A stretch of 64,000 bases of DNA, taken from the NCBI GenBank assembly GCA_010909165.1, contig MU008182.1:744001-808000 (forward strand), in the 5' to 3' direction. The DNA comes from Anthoceros angustus (Eukaryota; Plantae; Anthocerotophyta). Positions 60,926-64,000 of this stretch are shown one piece after another. Numbering within the stretch: position 1 is the first letter of the stretch; each line of letters begins with the position of its first letter. Below the pieces are notes generated by a model. The model was not told the DNA's origin, searched no databases, and saw only the letters and a list, made by a program, of their open reading frames with translations. The translations under genes were made by a program, and so were the position numbers.

Positions 60926-62326
60926 ATGTTTGACATCAAGGAATTAAAGGGAAAAGGGTACATGTCAAGCGGCGAGGAGTCGGAGGAAGGAGGGTGCAAC
61001 ATGGAACATGGTGAGGAATCACAGGAAAAGGGGCTTGTCGACAATGAGAATCACAGGAAAAGGCGCTTGTTGCGAGGAATCAAAGGAAAAGGGCGCCATC
61101 GGCTGAGGAATCAAAGGAAAAGGCGCTTGTCGACGAGGAATCAAAGGAAAAGGGTGCTTGTCGACAATGAGGAATCAAAGGAAAAGGGTGCTTGTCGACG
61201 AGGAGGAATCACAGGAAAAGGGGCTTGTCGACCGAGGAATCAAGGAATCAAGGAAAAGGGGCTTGTCGCCGAGGAATCAAAGGGAAAAGGGCGCTTGTCG
61301 GATAGCGAGGAATCAAAGGGAAAAGGGTGCTTGTCAGACAACGAGGAATCAAAGGAAGAAGAGTACATATCAAATGATGAGTATATGTATACATCTGACT
61401 TAGACACAGAGAAATGTTCACAAGGATGTTTGCGGCCCTGGATCGACTATATACCACCATCTAGTCGGGAATTTATAGATATTGTAAATCCAGCATTATT
61501 TCAACACGGTGCATCCATGAATGAGCCTCTAACAATTCGTGTTTCACATGCTGAGTGGGTAAAGGACCCAAGTCGTTGCGTAAAGAACGTGGATCGCGAA
61601 TGCACTGATGTGCATTTTGAATCCATGGATCAAGTATACCAACCATCCAAACTTGGAGCACACGAAGCGTCAACTTCATCCAATCAGCCCGCAATTGGAT
61701 CGGAATATAAAGAAAGTGCACAGGGAAGTCCAGCACGCCCAGAACAATTGAAGCCTATTAGGCCAACTAGGTCAAGTCAAGATATTAGTCTAAGGGCATC
61801 TATCTGGAACCACATGCAGGAAATGGTTGACACAAAATATGCACAGATAAAAAGTGTCAATGAAGATGAGGAACAATATCAAGGAGTTAGTGTCAATAAA
61901 AATATTGGCACATTTGATTGTTATATATGGTGCCCTACTTCAACTGATGAGGAACATTCATCTCCCTCAAGTCGTCCAACAAGAAGAAGTTGCAACCAAA
62001 GTGTACAACCATGTGTCAAAACGAAATCATTTGGGAAACAATGCTATTGTGGCAGCTACACGTCTGCAAAACAAGCTGCATATGCATCGGATAAGATGAA
62101 AATTAAGATGTATCTATGTGGAGTACGAGTTAATGATGGGCGTAGATCACGTGCCAATGAGCCGTATAAGATCATCTTAAATTTTCCACTAGAACTATAT
62201 TTGGATGACATGTGCAACCCAAACGTGCTTGAAATGACTAAAATTGAAGAATATCGTCAATATATATTAGACGAAGCATCTGCACTAAGGGATGCAACAC
62301 CACAAAAAATAAATCAATGCAACTGA
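60926..62326 (+). CDS. Hypothetical ORF of about 466 aa with a repeat-derived charged N-terminus; no recognised domain
   Basis: Long open frame in about 40% GC sequence. The inverted copies are broken by indels, and frames differ between copies near 61970. Confidence 0.35.
   Translation: MFDIKELKGKGYMSSGEESEEGGCNMEHGEESQEKGLVDNENHRKRRLLRGIKGKGRHRLRNQRKRRLSTRNQRKRVLVDNEESKEKGACRRGGITGKGACRPRNQGIKEKGLVAEESKGKGRLSDSEESKGKGCLSDNEESKEEEYISNDEYMYTSDLDTEKCSQGCLRPWIDYIPPSSREFIDIVNPALFQHGASMNEPLTIRVSHAEWVKDPSRCVKNVDRECTDVHFESMDQVYQPSKLGAHEASTSSNQPAIGSEYKESAQGSPARPEQLKPIRPTRSSQDISLRASIWNHMQEMVDTKYAQIKSVNEDEEQYQGVSVNKNIGTFDCYIWCPTSTDEEHSSPSSRPTRRSCNQSVQPCVKTKSFGKQCYCGSYTSAKQAAYASDKMKIKMYLCGVRVNDGRRSRANEPYKIILNFPLELYLDDMCNPNVLEMTKIEEYRQYILDEASALRDATPQKINQCN
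61010..61360 (+). repeat. 33-36 bp minisatellite (GAGGAATCAAAGGGAAAAGGGCGCTTGTCG...) encoding EESKGKGxLxDx; inverted copies at about 56670-57090 and 58520-58830
   Basis: About 10 head-to-tail units, noisy. Confidence 0.85.
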
Positions 62327-62844
62327 TGATGATAACTTTCCAATGCAGCATAATCAAAACTAAGTGGAATAACTTGATTCATTAAATTCCAAATTTTCCT
62401 TGATTAAGTGATAGGTGTCTAGAGTTCGTTTGCTCCTGAGAAACTAGTTGAGAAATTTCTCAATGGGCCTGTGCGATCCTACCTAGCTTGCCCTGAAGTT
62501 GTTGGACGTCTCACACTTAAATTTGCGGCTTTGTTTCTTTTGAGTTCGATAACTCAAAAGAGGGAGATCCCTCTTTTTTACGTTTGCTGTTGAAGGCTAG
62601 TTGTTGAGCTCTGTCTGGTCTTGTGTGATTTGCATCATAAAGCTTAACCTATTGCTAGGAAAAATCATTTCGATCAAAGTATATAGGATTCTTTAATTGT
62701 ACTCGTGTGTACAACCATGAGGATGGAAATATGTGAAAAGTTGTGTTATTATGTGCCCGGTGATCATAATTATAAATCGTACCCTTGTGCTCAAATACAA
62801 TATAAGGTAGTCTAGGTCTCACTTTCATGTCTTTTTCATAGCAG

Positions 62845-64000
62845 CTTGATGTAGCCAAACCCAAGGCACACAACACGCAATGACTAATACCGAGATTCCG
62901 TGAAGTACCACCTCAAACTCATACATAGGCGATGGGATCCAAGACTTGGTTAGAGCCACCTTCCACTACATACCAGCCCGCCACGTAAAGAATGCAGCCA
63001 CTACTACCTTCACCACAAGAATGGCTTCATTAGTTCCTGTTTTATCAACTCCAAAAAACACAACGATGCCCTTTCTGCCATAGAGACTTGGATAGATCAC
63101 GTCGGCCATTCTTGCAGAAACATGAAATGAAAAAAATTTTAGCAAATCATGCTTACCAGAGGTACAAAATACTTCGAGATCCGATCCGCAAGCTTGTGTA
63201 CTCGATGCCTTTGCCATCTGTGTTGTCTCCACCAGCCTCACTATTTGTGATAAGGCTGTCTCTGAACCAACATGGGTGGCCCTTAAAAGTAGCACCCCAT
63301 TCTCGTTCAGGGTACCACCCATAACCTTGTCACCAACCACCTTTTGCACTGGCCTTGGTTCTCCGTGAGCATACTCTTCTAAGGTTTTCCCCTTGGCAAG
63401 AATCTCCTAGTACTTCACGGAGTATGAAGGAGATAAGCATGGCATTAGTGTCAAAAAAATCTTCCGCAAAGTTTGAGAGGTTTTGACTTAAGAACAACAT
63501 AAATGGAATTAAAGTAAGCAACACTTATACCAAGAGCATTAGCACATCATGTTTGCATATCCATGACCAAGTGATTTGTAAGCTCCCACATAGAATCGTA
63601 AAACTGAACGAAGGGTAGACAAAACCACCTTTAATCTCTCAATGTTTAACATGTTGACCACCTTCTTATCCAGGCCATGCCCAAGTACAGGAATATATTT
63701 AAACACCATAGAGAGGAGAAAGAGAGGAACTATGAAGACACAGCTCCAAAGGAAATTCGTCAAGTAATGCCCTATTTCCTTTCTCTGATCAGGGCCCACA
63801 TGTCCTAGATTCGTAAACAAGCTGGCCTTGTACATGGCAAGCATGGTACATATTTGTGCTATGATTTCGATGAAGTACCTAGGCCTAGTTTTGTTTGGAT
63901 CATACTAGATCAACACGTTTTCCCCATTCTCAATTATCTCGACTGACTTCAGACCCTGCAGACGTTGCAGTGATACCTTAAGGTCCTTATTCGCAGCTTG
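62845..64000 (-). pseudogene. HMA5: HMA5-like ATPase fragment (end of metal-binding domain through TM6), extends beyond the window end
   Basis: FLWSCVFIVPLFLLSMVFKYIP, FYVGAYKSLGHGYANM, GDKVMGGTLNENGVLLLRATHVGSETALSQIVRLVETTQMAKA. An internal deletion in the actuator domain is shared with the left-arm copy. Confidence 0.85.

Larger units (their letters stand above)
53633..63866. repeat. Large inverted repeat: left arm 53633-~59304 (inflated by two internal tandem duplications), spacer about 1.24 kb, right arm 60545-63866
   Basis: The arms are reverse complements from AATCATAGC (53633) / GCTATGATT (63866) inward to GGACCATTT. Confidence 0.9.

Noticed and set aside
23942-64000. One giant HMA5 gene with a 38-kb intron
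   Set aside because: The catalytic middle exons are absent, both parts are frameshifted, and an intact SIP1 gene lies between them.
1-64000. tRNA or rRNA genes
   Set aside because: None recognised. The only tRNA-related sequences are the two retrotransposon primer-binding sites.

Overview
Plant nuclear DNA with GC-rich, compact genes and short GT-AG introns. It most resembles a non-seed land plant such as a hornwort or lycophyte, but the taxon is an inference only. The left ~26 kb is gene-dense. It holds a giant near-intronless protein with an 8xCxxC array (running off the window start), a DLT/SCL28-subfamily GRAS factor with MSA elements upstream, a ferritin with an intronless CDS, eIF2B-epsilon head-to-head with riboflavin PyrD, an HMA5-type ATPase 3' fragment and a SIP1 aquaporin. 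The right ~38 kb is a transposon island. It holds two full-length Ty3/gypsy elements with exact 5-bp TSDs, a Ty1/copia pol remnant, and a large inverted repeat carrying HMA5 fragments. The main result is two DNA methyltransferase relics that the ORF track does not reveal. (1) Removing the first LTR element in silico restores an in-frame, apparently intron-containing, bacterial-type beta-class N4-cytosine/N6-adenine methyltransferase. Removing the second joins it to a Cys-rich PHD-like segment and further spliced exons. (2) At 52.5-53.0 kb lies a C5-cytosine methyltransferase relic with an unusual WECQ catalytic motif. Caveat: the window has many 0.6-1.8 kb tandem duplications with 5-10 bp junction microhomology whose copies differ mainly by homopolymer indels. 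These are probably long-read assembly artefacts, so individual frameshifts need read-level checking.
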